Assembly (NCBI GenBank): GCA_019695175.1
Contig: JAIBAM010000001.1
Span: 149,689 to 213,688 of the forward strand
From: Bdellovibrionales bacterium
GTDB lineage: Bacteria; Bdellovibrionota; Bdellovibrionia; Bdellovibrionales; UBA1609
Direction: 5' to 3'
Length of the DNA: 64,000 nt
A model generated the notes under the pieces. It did not search any database. It was not told the origin of the DNA and saw only the letters and a program-made list of their open reading frames with translations. Position 1 is the stretch's first letter. Every line of letters begins with the position of its first letter. This document shows positions 11,437 through 19,517 of the stretch, in pieces. A program made the position numbers and the translations under genes.

Positions 11437-12387
11437 TTATAGACCAAATCGTTCTGAAATTTTTCGCACCACTTCTTGTCCGGCCTTTTCGCCCGCTGAT
11501 ATCCAGTTTTGCCGCGAACCAAACTCTAACATTGAAATCCCTTGTGTATCGACCTCAACCCACTCATCAACAAGGGGAGCCGCTTGTCGACTCATCTTAC
11601 GGATCTCATTCCAGAGCATAATAGAAGCATCTCCTTGAGGCAGCACACGTGCGTCCAATAAATTTCCATTATTTAAAACATTTACATAAACAATAATATC
11701 AATCCCTTCTCGACGCAAAAATTGGACAGCGGATGGGGCTGATGCGGCAGCTCCAGAAGCCTTTGAATCCACAGTAAATAAGGGTGGATAGGTCATGCAT
11801 CGACCCACATGCGCCGACAAATCACCCCACTTTGGCCATGACAATTCACCCGTCAATAAAGATTGCGTGGGGCAATTAAATGAGATGGCGGTACGACGAA
11901 CCTGGGACCGGGAAAACCCATCCGCCAAAAAATCGCTGAGTCGTTTTATGTTTTCTGGGTTTAATTGATTTGAGAGAAAGGATTTTTTAGGAAAATCCTG
12001 CTTTTCCAACTTATAAATCTTCCACTCTAAATCATGTACTTGTCCCTTAAAAGCATAAAGACCTGCAATAAGGGCTCCCCACTCCAATCCAACAATATAA
12101 TCAACAGGTAGACGAGCTTTTTCCATTTCTTTTAAAACACCCACGTGAGCTAAGGTTTTAAAACCACCTGGCCCTAAAATAACCCCTAACCGTTTGCGTC
12201 TATGATTGGAAGGATGAGGATTTAGAACTGTGGACCCCTTTCCGTTATCCACCTCTTTTATTTCAATATTTTTCACTGGCCGTAGGGGGGGATTTTTTTC
12301 TTCTAAAGCTTTTTTAGGTTCGTGAGTGCACCCGACCACAACAAGCATGTTTATTAAAACATAAAGAAAATATTTTTTATTTACCAT
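11437..12387 (-). CDS. patatin-like lipoprotein, probably catalytically degenerate
   Basis: Lipoprotein signal with lipobox VVG-C (MLVVVGCTHE). The patatin N-terminal block is RLGVILGPGGFKTLAHVGVLKEMEKARLPVDYIVGLEWGALIAGLYA. At the nucleophile elbow G-x-S-x-G it reads G-L-E-W-G. Confidence 0.7.
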   Translation of the reverse strand: MVNKKYFLYVLINMLVVVGCTHEPKKALEEKNPPLRPVKNIEIKEVDNGKGSTVLNPHPSNHRRKRLGVILGPGGFKTLAHVGVLKEMEKARLPVDYIVGLEWGALIAGLYAFKGQVHDLEWKIYKLEKQDFPKKSFLSNQLNPENIKRLSDFLADGFSRSQVRRTAISFNCPTQSLLTGELSWPKWGDLSAHVGRCMTYPPLFTVDSKASGAAASAPSAVQFLRREGIDIIVYVNVLNNGNLLDARVLPQGDASIMLWNEIRKMSRQAAPLVDEWVEVDTQGISMLEFGSRQNWISAGEKAGQEVVRKISERFGL

Positions 12388-12423
12388 GACTCACTTCCTC
12401 ACAATTTTTCAATCATTTTTTAA

Positions 12424-13308
12424 TCAATCGTTGTCTTTTAAAAGAGACTCCGATGAAACTCGATTCAAATTAAATTCAACCAGTTGATAAAGTTCAAAGA
12501 AGGACCCCCCTATTTCTTGCAAAGAATCACAAGCATTCTTACTGACTTTTTTTAATAAATCATGGGTGGCTTTTTTCCCCAACAGCTTCACATAATTTTT
12601 ACTATCGAGATCTTTGTGATCTTCCAAATCATCCGCAATTTGAAAAGCCAAGCCCAGATTTAATCCATAGTCTTTGAAGCCATTCATGACTTTTTTATTT
12701 GCTCCAGCGATCCAAGCTCCCCCCACAACACTGGCTTGAATCAAAGCTCCAGTTTTCAATCGATGAATGCAATTAAGATCTTCTTTACGATTTATCATTT
12801 GAGGATCCATATCTAAGGCTTGACCCGCAATCATACCTGCAAATCCAGCGGCTTGACCTAAAGTCAAAAGCAACTGTGCTAACAAATCACTCTTTTCTTT
12901 GTAGGAGTTGGCAATGTGACAAAAGGCTTCAGTCAATAAAGCATCCCCTGCCAATAAAGCCACCGCTTCACCAAAAATAATATGATTCGTAGGTTGACCT
13001 CTTCTTTCTTTATCATCATCCATTAAAGGTAGATCATCGTGAATAAGAGAGTAAGTATGAATCATTTCCACAGCTAAAGCGTAAGGAAGTGCTTCTTCAA
13101 TAGAGCCCTTCAGACTTTTCACCGTTTGCAAAACTAAAAGGGGACGGAATCTTTTACCCCCATTTTGCAAAGAATATTTCATAGATTCTTTGAGCTTTTG
13201 AAAAGCCTTACGATCCTTTAAATCAGCTTCGGAATCAAGCTCCTCAAGCCAACGGATGAGATATTCTTCGAATTGCAACTTAATGTTTGGCAAAATCAAT
13301 TTCATCAC
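12424..13308 (-). CDS. ispA: polyprenyl diphosphate synthase (farnesyl/geranylgeranyl diphosphate synthase, IspA family)
   Basis: First Asp-rich motif LIHDDLPLMDDDKERRG and second Asp-rich motif FQIADDLED. 4-nt overlap with xseB. xseB-ispA synteny is widely conserved. Confidence 0.9.
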   Translation of the reverse strand: MMKLILPNIKLQFEEYLIRWLEELDSEADLKDRKAFQKLKESMKYSLQNGGKRFRPLLVLQTVKSLKGSIEEALPYALAVEMIHTYSLIHDDLPLMDDDKERRGQPTNHIIFGEAVALLAGDALLTEAFCHIANSYKEKSDLLAQLLLTLGQAAGFAGMIAGQALDMDPQMINRKEDLNCIHRLKTGALIQASVVGGAWIAGANKKVMNGFKDYGLNLGLAFQIADDLEDHKDLDSKNYVKLLGKKATHDLLKKVSKNACDSLQEIGGSFFELYQLVEFNLNRVSSESLLKDND

Positions 13309-13520
13309 ACCGTAAAGTCAGTGGTTTCAGTATTTCCATTGGCATCCACACTCAGTAGCACCTTTACTTTTTGTTCCGCTTCATTAAGCTTGACCTGACA
13401 TTCCCTGACCAACTTCACCCCTTCTTCAAAAATTTTAAGGGATTCTTCCAAAGGTAATTCCCCGCCCTCCATTTTGTTTACGATTTCTTCGAGTCGATTG
13501 AGTTTATTTTCAAAATCCAT
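13305..13520 (-). CDS. xseB: exodeoxyribonuclease VII small subunit
   Basis: 71 aa. LEEIVNKMEGGELPLEESLKIFEEGVKLVRECQ is the typical XseB helical-hairpin sequence. It lies between xseA and ispA. Confidence 0.9.
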   Translation of the reverse strand: MDFENKLNRLEEIVNKMEGGELPLEESLKIFEEGVKLVRECQVKLNEAEQKVKVLLSVDANGNTETTDFTV

Positions 13521-13534
13521 AACTTTTCCCTTCG

Positions 13535-14968
13535 TTAATTTATGATTTTTTTTGTTACCACGACGACTTCACCGCGATGGAACTTAACGGTGAGTTCACT
13601 TAGCAATTCCACTTCATTCGCATCACGAACAACCTGATTCCCATTATGTACAATCGCATAACCTCGTTCTAAAACGCGCAAAGGGCTCAGGCTATCTAAT
13701 AAAGCCATGGCTTGGCCCCATCGTGCACTTTTTCTTTCATGCAAAACCTTCATCCCACTTGTTAAACGCAATTGCATCTCACCTAACTGTTGACGACGCT
13801 GTGAAACCTGCTCGAGTGGCGAACCCATGCGATATTTTAACAAAACAATTCTTTGTTGACTGGTTTTGAGTTGGAATTGCATAGCCAGTGTCATACGATT
13901 TTGCAACTCATCACACCTTAACGCCAAGTCCATCAAACGCCTTTTGGGATCCACCAATCTTTGACTGATCCCTTGAATTTGGCGATTAAATAATTCTAGT
14001 TTATGCCTGAGCAAGCGACATAAATGTTGAAACTGTAACCGCAATTTTTCTTGAAGTTCGAAAGCACTTTTAACAATCATTTCTGCGGCAGCAGATGGCG
14101 TTGGAGCGCGCACATCAGCCACAAAGTCAGCAATGGTAAAATCAATTTCATGCCCAACTGCAGAAACAATGGGTAAAGAAGAAGCCGCAATGGCACGGGC
14201 CACACCTTCATCATTAAAGCACCACATATCTTCGGCAGACCCTCCTCCTCGACCTAAAATGACAACGTCCACATCTTTCATCTTTTGAGTCTGAGCCAAC
14301 CCCTTCACAATTGAATTCGCCGCCTGTTCACCCTGAACTAAAACCGGTACAATTGTCACTTTAAGGCCTTTAAATCTACGATTTAGAACTTGCAAAATAT
14401 CTCGAATCGCGGCCCCCGTAGGTGAAGTCACAACCGCCACATGTTGGGGCAAAAGGGGTAATGGTTTCTTTTTGTTTTGAGAAAAAAGCCCTTCACTTTC
14501 CAGTTTGATTTTTAATTTTTCAAAAGCGGCTTGCATGGCCCCTGCGCCCACTGACTCCATCAATTCACAAAAAATTTGATAAGTTCCTCGGGGTTCGTAA
14601 ACAGTGATTTTGCCTCGCACAATCACTTCTAAACCATCCAAAGGTTTAATTTTAACTGATTGATTAAAACCTCTAAACATGATGGCGTTGATTTGTGCTT
14701 TATTATCCTTAAGGCTAAAGTACCAGTGCCCCGAGCTATGGGCTTTAAAATTTGATAATTCCCCCTTCAGCCAAACTAAGGCGAAACCATTTTCTAAATG
14801 ACCGCGGATGGCTTTATTAAGGTTTGAAACTGTCAAAATCTGTGGTGATGTATTCTTTGTGGGACTAGATTTGCCATGTTCAGGCAGGTTTTCTTCAAAA
14901 TTATCATCTAACAATGGTAACGGAATTTGTTTTTGATCTGTGAAAGCCAAAGGATTTTTCCTGCTCAA
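13535..14968 (-). CDS. xseA: exodeoxyribonuclease VII large subunit
   Basis: OB-fold region VWLKGELSNFKAHSSGHWYFSLKD. Core motifs VVTSPTGAAIRDI, RGGGSAEDMWCFNDE and VSAVGHEIDFTIADFVAD. C-terminal coiled-coil tail. There is an N-terminal extension of about 45 aa with no internal Met. Confidence 0.9.
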   Translation of the reverse strand: MSRKNPLAFTDQKQIPLPLLDDNFEENLPEHGKSSPTKNTSPQILTVSNLNKAIRGHLENGFALVWLKGELSNFKAHSSGHWYFSLKDNKAQINAIMFRGFNQSVKIKPLDGLEVIVRGKITVYEPRGTYQIFCELMESVGAGAMQAAFEKLKIKLESEGLFSQNKKKPLPLLPQHVAVVTSPTGAAIRDILQVLNRRFKGLKVTIVPVLVQGEQAANSIVKGLAQTQKMKDVDVVILGRGGGSAEDMWCFNDEGVARAIAASSLPIVSAVGHEIDFTIADFVADVRAPTPSAAAEMIVKSAFELQEKLRLQFQHLCRLLRHKLELFNRQIQGISQRLVDPKRRLMDLALRCDELQNRMTLAMQFQLKTSQQRIVLLKYRMGSPLEQVSQRRQQLGEMQLRLTSGMKVLHERKSARWGQAMALLDSLSPLRVLERGYAIVHNGNQVVRDANEVELLSELTVKFHRGEVVVVTKKIIN

Positions 14969-15426
14969 AAAAAGTTTAAATTGCTACTTAAAATCAAAGC
15001 TTGTCATATAATTGAAACAAAAATCAATCTACCTAATTCTTAGAGCCCATTCGAATTTGCCGTGTCTACGAACTTATTCAGAGATACTGCGTCAGCTGTT
15101 TACAGTTGGCACATCTTTTTTAAAATTAAATTCTTTCCTGTCCTTGAAATAAAAAATTGTCTTTGCAACTTGGCTGAGCCCAGCACTGAATGTAAAACAA
15201 TGAGCCATCCCAACAGACGGTTATTGCTCACACCCAATGTGTCTGCTAGTATTGTTATTAAGTTCTTGTGGGCTTAAGGACAAAATAAACCCTACAAGTG
15301 ATAGTACGGGGGCTGTCCCTGACAATGGTGTGCAAGCTCATTTCGATTGAGAAGCCTAAAGTTGTTATATGGCCTACCACGTTAACAAAAACGGGTTTAA
15401 TTTTTGCCTTCATGCTCCACAAGGAT

Positions 15427-15480
15427 GGTTTTTTAAAAAAATTCTTTAGAATTTAATCAAAAGGATTTTTTTAAAAAACC
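15427..15480. repeat. 21-bp near-perfect inverted repeat (hairpin-capable) in a long divergent intergenic region
   Basis: GGTTTTTTAAAAAAATTCTTT (15427-15447) pairs with AAAGGATTTTTTTAAAAAACC (15460-15480). One position is G:T and the loop is 12 nt (AGAATTTAATCA). It lies about 150 nt upstream of the ATG at 15633. Confidence 0.8.
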
Positions 15481-15632
15481 CTCGTTTCCAATCCAAATAA
15501 ATCTTGTGACACGTCTTTTTTAAATTCATTATCAATTCACTGTCTCAATCTAATACAATTCTCCAACAAATTTTTAATAAAAACTATTTAATCTCAATTT
15601 AATATTTTCTCAAAACCTTCCGAAGAAGTGAC

Positions 15633-17438
15633 ATGGACTCTTTTAAAAAAAATCCTCACCCTATTAAAAATTGCCTTTATTTTTTGGGCATTTTTATTGC
15701 TTTTTACCTATCCCGTGGGAGGATCATCAAAATAAATATCAATCCAGCGAAAAAGTTATTGGCAACTATTCTTACCGCTTGCTCTTGGTTTTTGTTTTCC
15801 TTTGGCTTTTTTGCCTCAGCCGATTCACGATCAGGAGCCAGCCCTCTGTCAACCCCCGTCTATCCCTTTCCCCTCTCCTTTAATAGCAACGGTGGGACAG
15901 AAAGTGCTATTTGTGCTCAAAAGGAAAATCAAAATTCGGCTCGTTGTCTAAAGCTACAGTGCACTCAAAGCTTCGATTCTTTTAATAACTCTTCCAGAGA
16001 ACTTGGAACAGCTTGTGGAACGGCTGGACTTGCAGTCAACGGCAAAGGATTTATGTGTGAAGAAGCTGTTCTCCGTTGTCAATACTGTTCCAATGATGAT
16101 GACGACAACTCTTATGGTGATGCGGCCCCAATTCAAGTGACATGCAAAGATTCTGTTTCTGATTCCGATGAGGATGATGAGGACGCATTAGATACAACAG
16201 CTTCCACACAAAATGTGATGGACTTTCTCTCTGGGAGTGGGGTGAGTTCTTTCAGTACTGGAAAAAAAGATCTTTCCAAAGCCCGAAAGGCCTTTGCCAA
16301 TTGTCGCCCATTTGCAGCAGAGTATGTCCGTGACAATAAGGGGGAGCTAAGAGACAGCAGAGAAAACTTCCGAGAGTCCCAAAGAAATGTTGATGATCTC
16401 AGTGAAAAAAGTGCTCAGGCCGAACAAGAATATTCGGACAGCCAAAGTAGTATCGATCAAGAAGCTGCGGACTTACAAAAAAACGCCACCGACGACACTG
16501 ACAAAATCATGAATCGACTTAAAAATAACCAGGAGAAATTGGAAGGTCAAATTAGCGAACTTCAACGTAGATACAAAGCATTGATCACCCAAATTGCTCT
16601 CTTTGATTTATCCAAAGGACAACTTCAAAATGAATATTTAGAAAAAAGAGATCTGGAATATAAAAGATGCTACGCCTTTGCATTGGAACAAGCGGATCGA
16701 ACCCGGATCGAAACTCTCAATAAAGCCAATAAAAGTGTTCTGAAAGGGAATCCCCTTTCCTCAGTTAAAGTATCCTTAAGCACGCGATTTCAAGGTTATG
16801 CCAAAAAAATATATCAAAAATGTATCGGCAGCGAAAACACAACGTTGTCTCTCAAATCTGCCCAAAGGGATCGATCTGCCAAACTTCAAGCTACAGAGCT
16901 GAATATATCTAAAGCTAAAGAAGAGATGGAGTCTATCATCGAAGAAATCACTAATTTGAAAACCAATAAAATGACCCAGATTAGAAATGATGCCGTTGAA
17001 GATCTGCAAAGAGTGAAGTCCAATCTTCTTACCAACTTTCAACTTCTCGATAAAAAACGCACGAATTTATACAATAAATATTCCCAGAATAAATTTCGAC
17101 TGGGCAGTCAGCTCAGCCGAGCTTCTTTAGAATTAAATGATGACAAATCAGAGTACCAGTACCAACGAAGTCTTTATAATTTGGCTCTCACTTCTCAGGG
17201 GTCTACGGGAGGAATTAGACCCGGTTCTTTTGATGCCGTTACAGCCGCCATGGCTAATGTCAAACAAAATGCCTACGCAGTAAAATCCGCCTGCTGCACC
17301 CCTGGAACATCTGGTGATTCAAATTCCTGCAAAATGGGCTGTGCGGCTCTTTATTCATCAGGAAGTAGCCAATATAATGAATGTATACAAAGTATAGGTA
17401 CCCCCGCAGTAAGAGAACCAGCAACAAGGGCTCAATAA
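15633..17438 (+). CDS. hypothetical secreted/membrane-anchored protein: Cys-rich N- and C-terminal modules, acidic tract, central coiled coil
   Basis: 601-aa ORF. Hydrophobic segments at the N-terminus (LYFLGIFIAFYL; LLATILTACSWFLFSFGFFASA). Cys-rich block (CAQKEN...CLKLQCTQ...CGTAG...CEEAVLRCQYC). Asp/Glu/Ser tract (NDDDDNSYGD...SDSDEDDEDALD). About 300 aa of heptad-like sequence. C-terminal Cys cluster (ACCTPGTSGDSNSCKMGCAAL...NECIQ). No family recognised. Confidence 0.7.
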   Translation: MDSFKKNPHPIKNCLYFLGIFIAFYLSRGRIIKININPAKKLLATILTACSWFLFSFGFFASADSRSGASPLSTPVYPFPLSFNSNGGTESAICAQKENQNSARCLKLQCTQSFDSFNNSSRELGTACGTAGLAVNGKGFMCEEAVLRCQYCSNDDDDNSYGDAAPIQVTCKDSVSDSDEDDEDALDTTASTQNVMDFLSGSGVSSFSTGKKDLSKARKAFANCRPFAAEYVRDNKGELRDSRENFRESQRNVDDLSEKSAQAEQEYSDSQSSIDQEAADLQKNATDDTDKIMNRLKNNQEKLEGQISELQRRYKALITQIALFDLSKGQLQNEYLEKRDLEYKRCYAFALEQADRTRIETLNKANKSVLKGNPLSSVKVSLSTRFQGYAKKIYQKCIGSENTTLSLKSAQRDRSAKLQATELNISKAKEEMESIIEEITNLKTNKMTQIRNDAVEDLQRVKSNLLTNFQLLDKKRTNLYNKYSQNKFRLGSQLSRASLELNDDKSEYQYQRSLYNLALTSQGSTGGIRPGSFDAVTAAMANVKQNAYAVKSACCTPGTSGDSNSCKMGCAALYSSGSSQYNECIQSIGTPAVREPATRAQ

Positions 17439-17506
17439 ATATAAACATAAATTTCAGTGTTGGGTCGGGGATATTGGATCAACTCCTTCTTGACGTAACC
17501 GACAAA

Positions 17507-18517
17507 TCATTCATCATCTAGAATATAATTTTGCGGATCCACCGGAATCCCGTTGACGCGAACCTCATAATGAACATGAGGCCCAGAAGATCGACCTGTA
17601 GTCCCCACGGCCGCAATAATATCCCTTCGCGATACTTTTTTACCCTGTTCGGTAACAACTCTAGAGTTATGGGCAAATCGCGTCACCACGCCATAGCCGT
17701 GATCAATGGAAACAATCTTTCCATATCCTGGCTCAAATCCCACATAAGAAACCACCCCATCCGCTGGAGCGTACACCGGTGTTCCAGGAGGGGCCGCAAT
17801 ATCCAAACCGGCATGCATTTCAGGTCTTCCATTAAATGGGTCTACCCTATAGCCAAACCGAGAAGTGTACCACCCTCTGGCTGGCTTAATATTGGGTGTG
17901 GCATTTATTAAACTCTGACGTTCAGACAAACTCTCCCAAAGCTGCAAGACACCTTGTTCCCTTAGTTGGGTTTGCTGAATGGCTCGATCAATTCGAACCG
18001 AAAGAGAGGCATAATTTCGTTGATCATCCCTTGAAAGTTCACCTCCTTGCTCATCCAGAGGTAATTTTTCAGAAAAAGGGGCCTCTTTTGCCAAGAAAAA
18101 CTCCGAGGAAGGTTGTCGGTCCATTTTGATATTTTCCTCTTCACCTAAATCCTGACCCGGTTTTGCTATTGTTCCCATGGCTAAGTGCAGAGGTCGACTT
18201 TCATCCTCCACATTGGTAATGACCTTTAATTTTTTAGTGAAATTCTGAACCCGGTCTAAGTTTGACTCCAAAGAACTTAATTTGCTCTCCACCACTTGAA
18301 ACTGACGTTTCAAATGTTCATTCTCAGCTTTGAAAATTTTATTTTGATTTTCACTTTGCAGCAATCCAAAGTAGTCCACCGCGGCAGCCGTAAAAATAAC
18401 CAGAAAGGTAAAGCTCAAAATAATCGCAGCCTTTAACCAAGAAGAAGAAACGGTAAACGAAACTGTAGCTCCCCTTCGATTGCTCGCAATAATCAAGGTA
18501 TAAGTTTTACGATCCAT
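17507..18517 (-). CDS. M23 (LytM-domain) peptidoglycan endopeptidase/activator with N-terminal TM and coiled coil (EnvC-like layout)
   Basis: C-terminal M23 motifs HAGLDIAAPPGTPVYAPADGVV, GYGKIVSIDHGYGVVTRFAHNS and GTTGRSSGPHVHYEVRVNG. N-terminal TM (AAIILSFTFLVIFTAAAV) followed by a coiled coil. Confidence 0.9.
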   Translation of the reverse strand: MDRKTYTLIIASNRRGATVSFTVSSSWLKAAIILSFTFLVIFTAAAVDYFGLLQSENQNKIFKAENEHLKRQFQVVESKLSSLESNLDRVQNFTKKLKVITNVEDESRPLHLAMGTIAKPGQDLGEEENIKMDRQPSSEFFLAKEAPFSEKLPLDEQGGELSRDDQRNYASLSVRIDRAIQQTQLREQGVLQLWESLSERQSLINATPNIKPARGWYTSRFGYRVDPFNGRPEMHAGLDIAAPPGTPVYAPADGVVSYVGFEPGYGKIVSIDHGYGVVTRFAHNSRVVTEQGKKVSRRDIIAAVGTTGRSSGPHVHYEVRVNGIPVDPQNYILDDE

Positions 18518-18591
18518 GGTTAACCTTCCCCCCAGGGAATAGTTCTATTTTTTATTATCGATGAGGCGACAGTATCCCCCCGAACAAGAGC

Positions 18592-19314
18592 TTAGCCCAC
18601 TTTAATTACAATGACAGAGACATTGTCGTCTCCCCCTGCCTTCTTGGCCTCGGCGATGCACCTTTGCCCAATTTCTTTCACATGACCTTTCTGACAACAT
18701 TCTGCAATCTTTTTATTGGGAATTAAACTGGAAAGACCATCTGAACATATAATGTAAAGATCTTCCGACTGTAGATGACGTTCAATCACATCAGCAACCA
18801 CTTCTCTTTCAAATCCAACGCTTCGTGTAATTACATTTCTTCCCACCAAATTGTTAGATTCCTCTTCCACCATTCCAGCTTTTATCTGCTCATTGATTAG
18901 GGAATGATCCTCGGTCAATTGCCACAAGTTCCCTTCTCGACTCAAGTATACTCTAGAATCCCCCACGTTTGCTATATACGCCTTATTATCTAAAATCAAA
19001 AACACCACCATAGTTGTTCCCATACCCATGAGCTCAGGGGAGTCCACTGTGCTTTTGTGGTGGATGCGGGCACTGGCCTCGCGGTAGGCCTCAACTAATA
19101 TTCGCTTAGGTGATTTTTTTAATTGTCCCCAGTGCCTTTTTAAAAAATCCTGCAAAGTTTCCACGGCGAGCGCAGAGGCCACTTCTCCCCCGCGATGTCC
19201 CCCCATTCCATCTGCCACAATAAATAAACCCAATTCATAATCTACCAAGATTGAGTCCTGATTGATTTCACGTTTGAGTCCCACATCGGTCAAGGCCGCC
19301 ACTTCAAATTTCAT
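18592..19314 (-). CDS. PP2C-family Ser/Thr protein phosphatase
   Basis: Motifs ALTDVGLKREINQDS, FIVADGMGGHRGGEVAS, ICSDGL and GGDDNVSVIV. 240 aa. There is no adjacent kinase gene. Confidence 0.9.
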   Translation of the reverse strand: MKFEVAALTDVGLKREINQDSILVDYELGLFIVADGMGGHRGGEVASALAVETLQDFLKRHWGQLKKSPKRILVEAYREASARIHHKSTVDSPELMGMGTTMVVFLILDNKAYIANVGDSRVYLSREGNLWQLTEDHSLINEQIKAGMVEEESNNLVGRNVITRSVGFEREVVADVIERHLQSEDLYIICSDGLSSLIPNKKIAECCQKGHVKEIGQRCIAEAKKAGGDDNVSVIVIKVG

Positions 19315-19444
19315 TACTCACCCCTACCTTCAGAACCCAACAGAAAGTCAGGGCCTGATTGATTTATCCTCTCCAAACAGTTTACGGCGGGTCGGACCGA
19401 GGTTGAAGTGAAAATTTCAAGATTTCTCAGGGCCGGTTCAATTG

Positions 19445-19488
19445 GACTCATTTAATCCCCACTCTTGTGACTCATTTAATCCCCACTC
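19445..19488. repeat. perfect 20-bp tandem direct repeat (period 24 bp) in a divergent promoter region
   Basis: GACTCATTTAATCCCCACTC occurs at 19445-19464 and again at 19469-19488, separated by TTGT. This is 30-73 nt upstream of the probable ATG at 19518. Confidence 0.9.
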
Positions 19489-19517
19489 CTGCCGATAGGT
19501 TCCTTGAAGAGGTGTTC

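Noticed and set aside
15107-15122. Perfect sigma-54 -24 element TGGCAC followed by ATCTT-TTTT
   Set aside because: The -12 position reads TTTT instead of TTGC, so the conserved GC is missing. A second candidate downstream (TGGCTGAGCCCAGCA) has GG-N9-GC spacing instead of N10. I found no convincing sigma-54 promoter by eye in any intergenic region, despite the two enhancer-binding proteins in the window.
15062-15277. 71-aa ORF (GTG start) in the xseA-upstream spacer
   Set aside because: There is no Shine-Dalgarno sequence, the composition is odd, and no homology was recognised. The region is more likely regulatory or RNA-coding (see findings).
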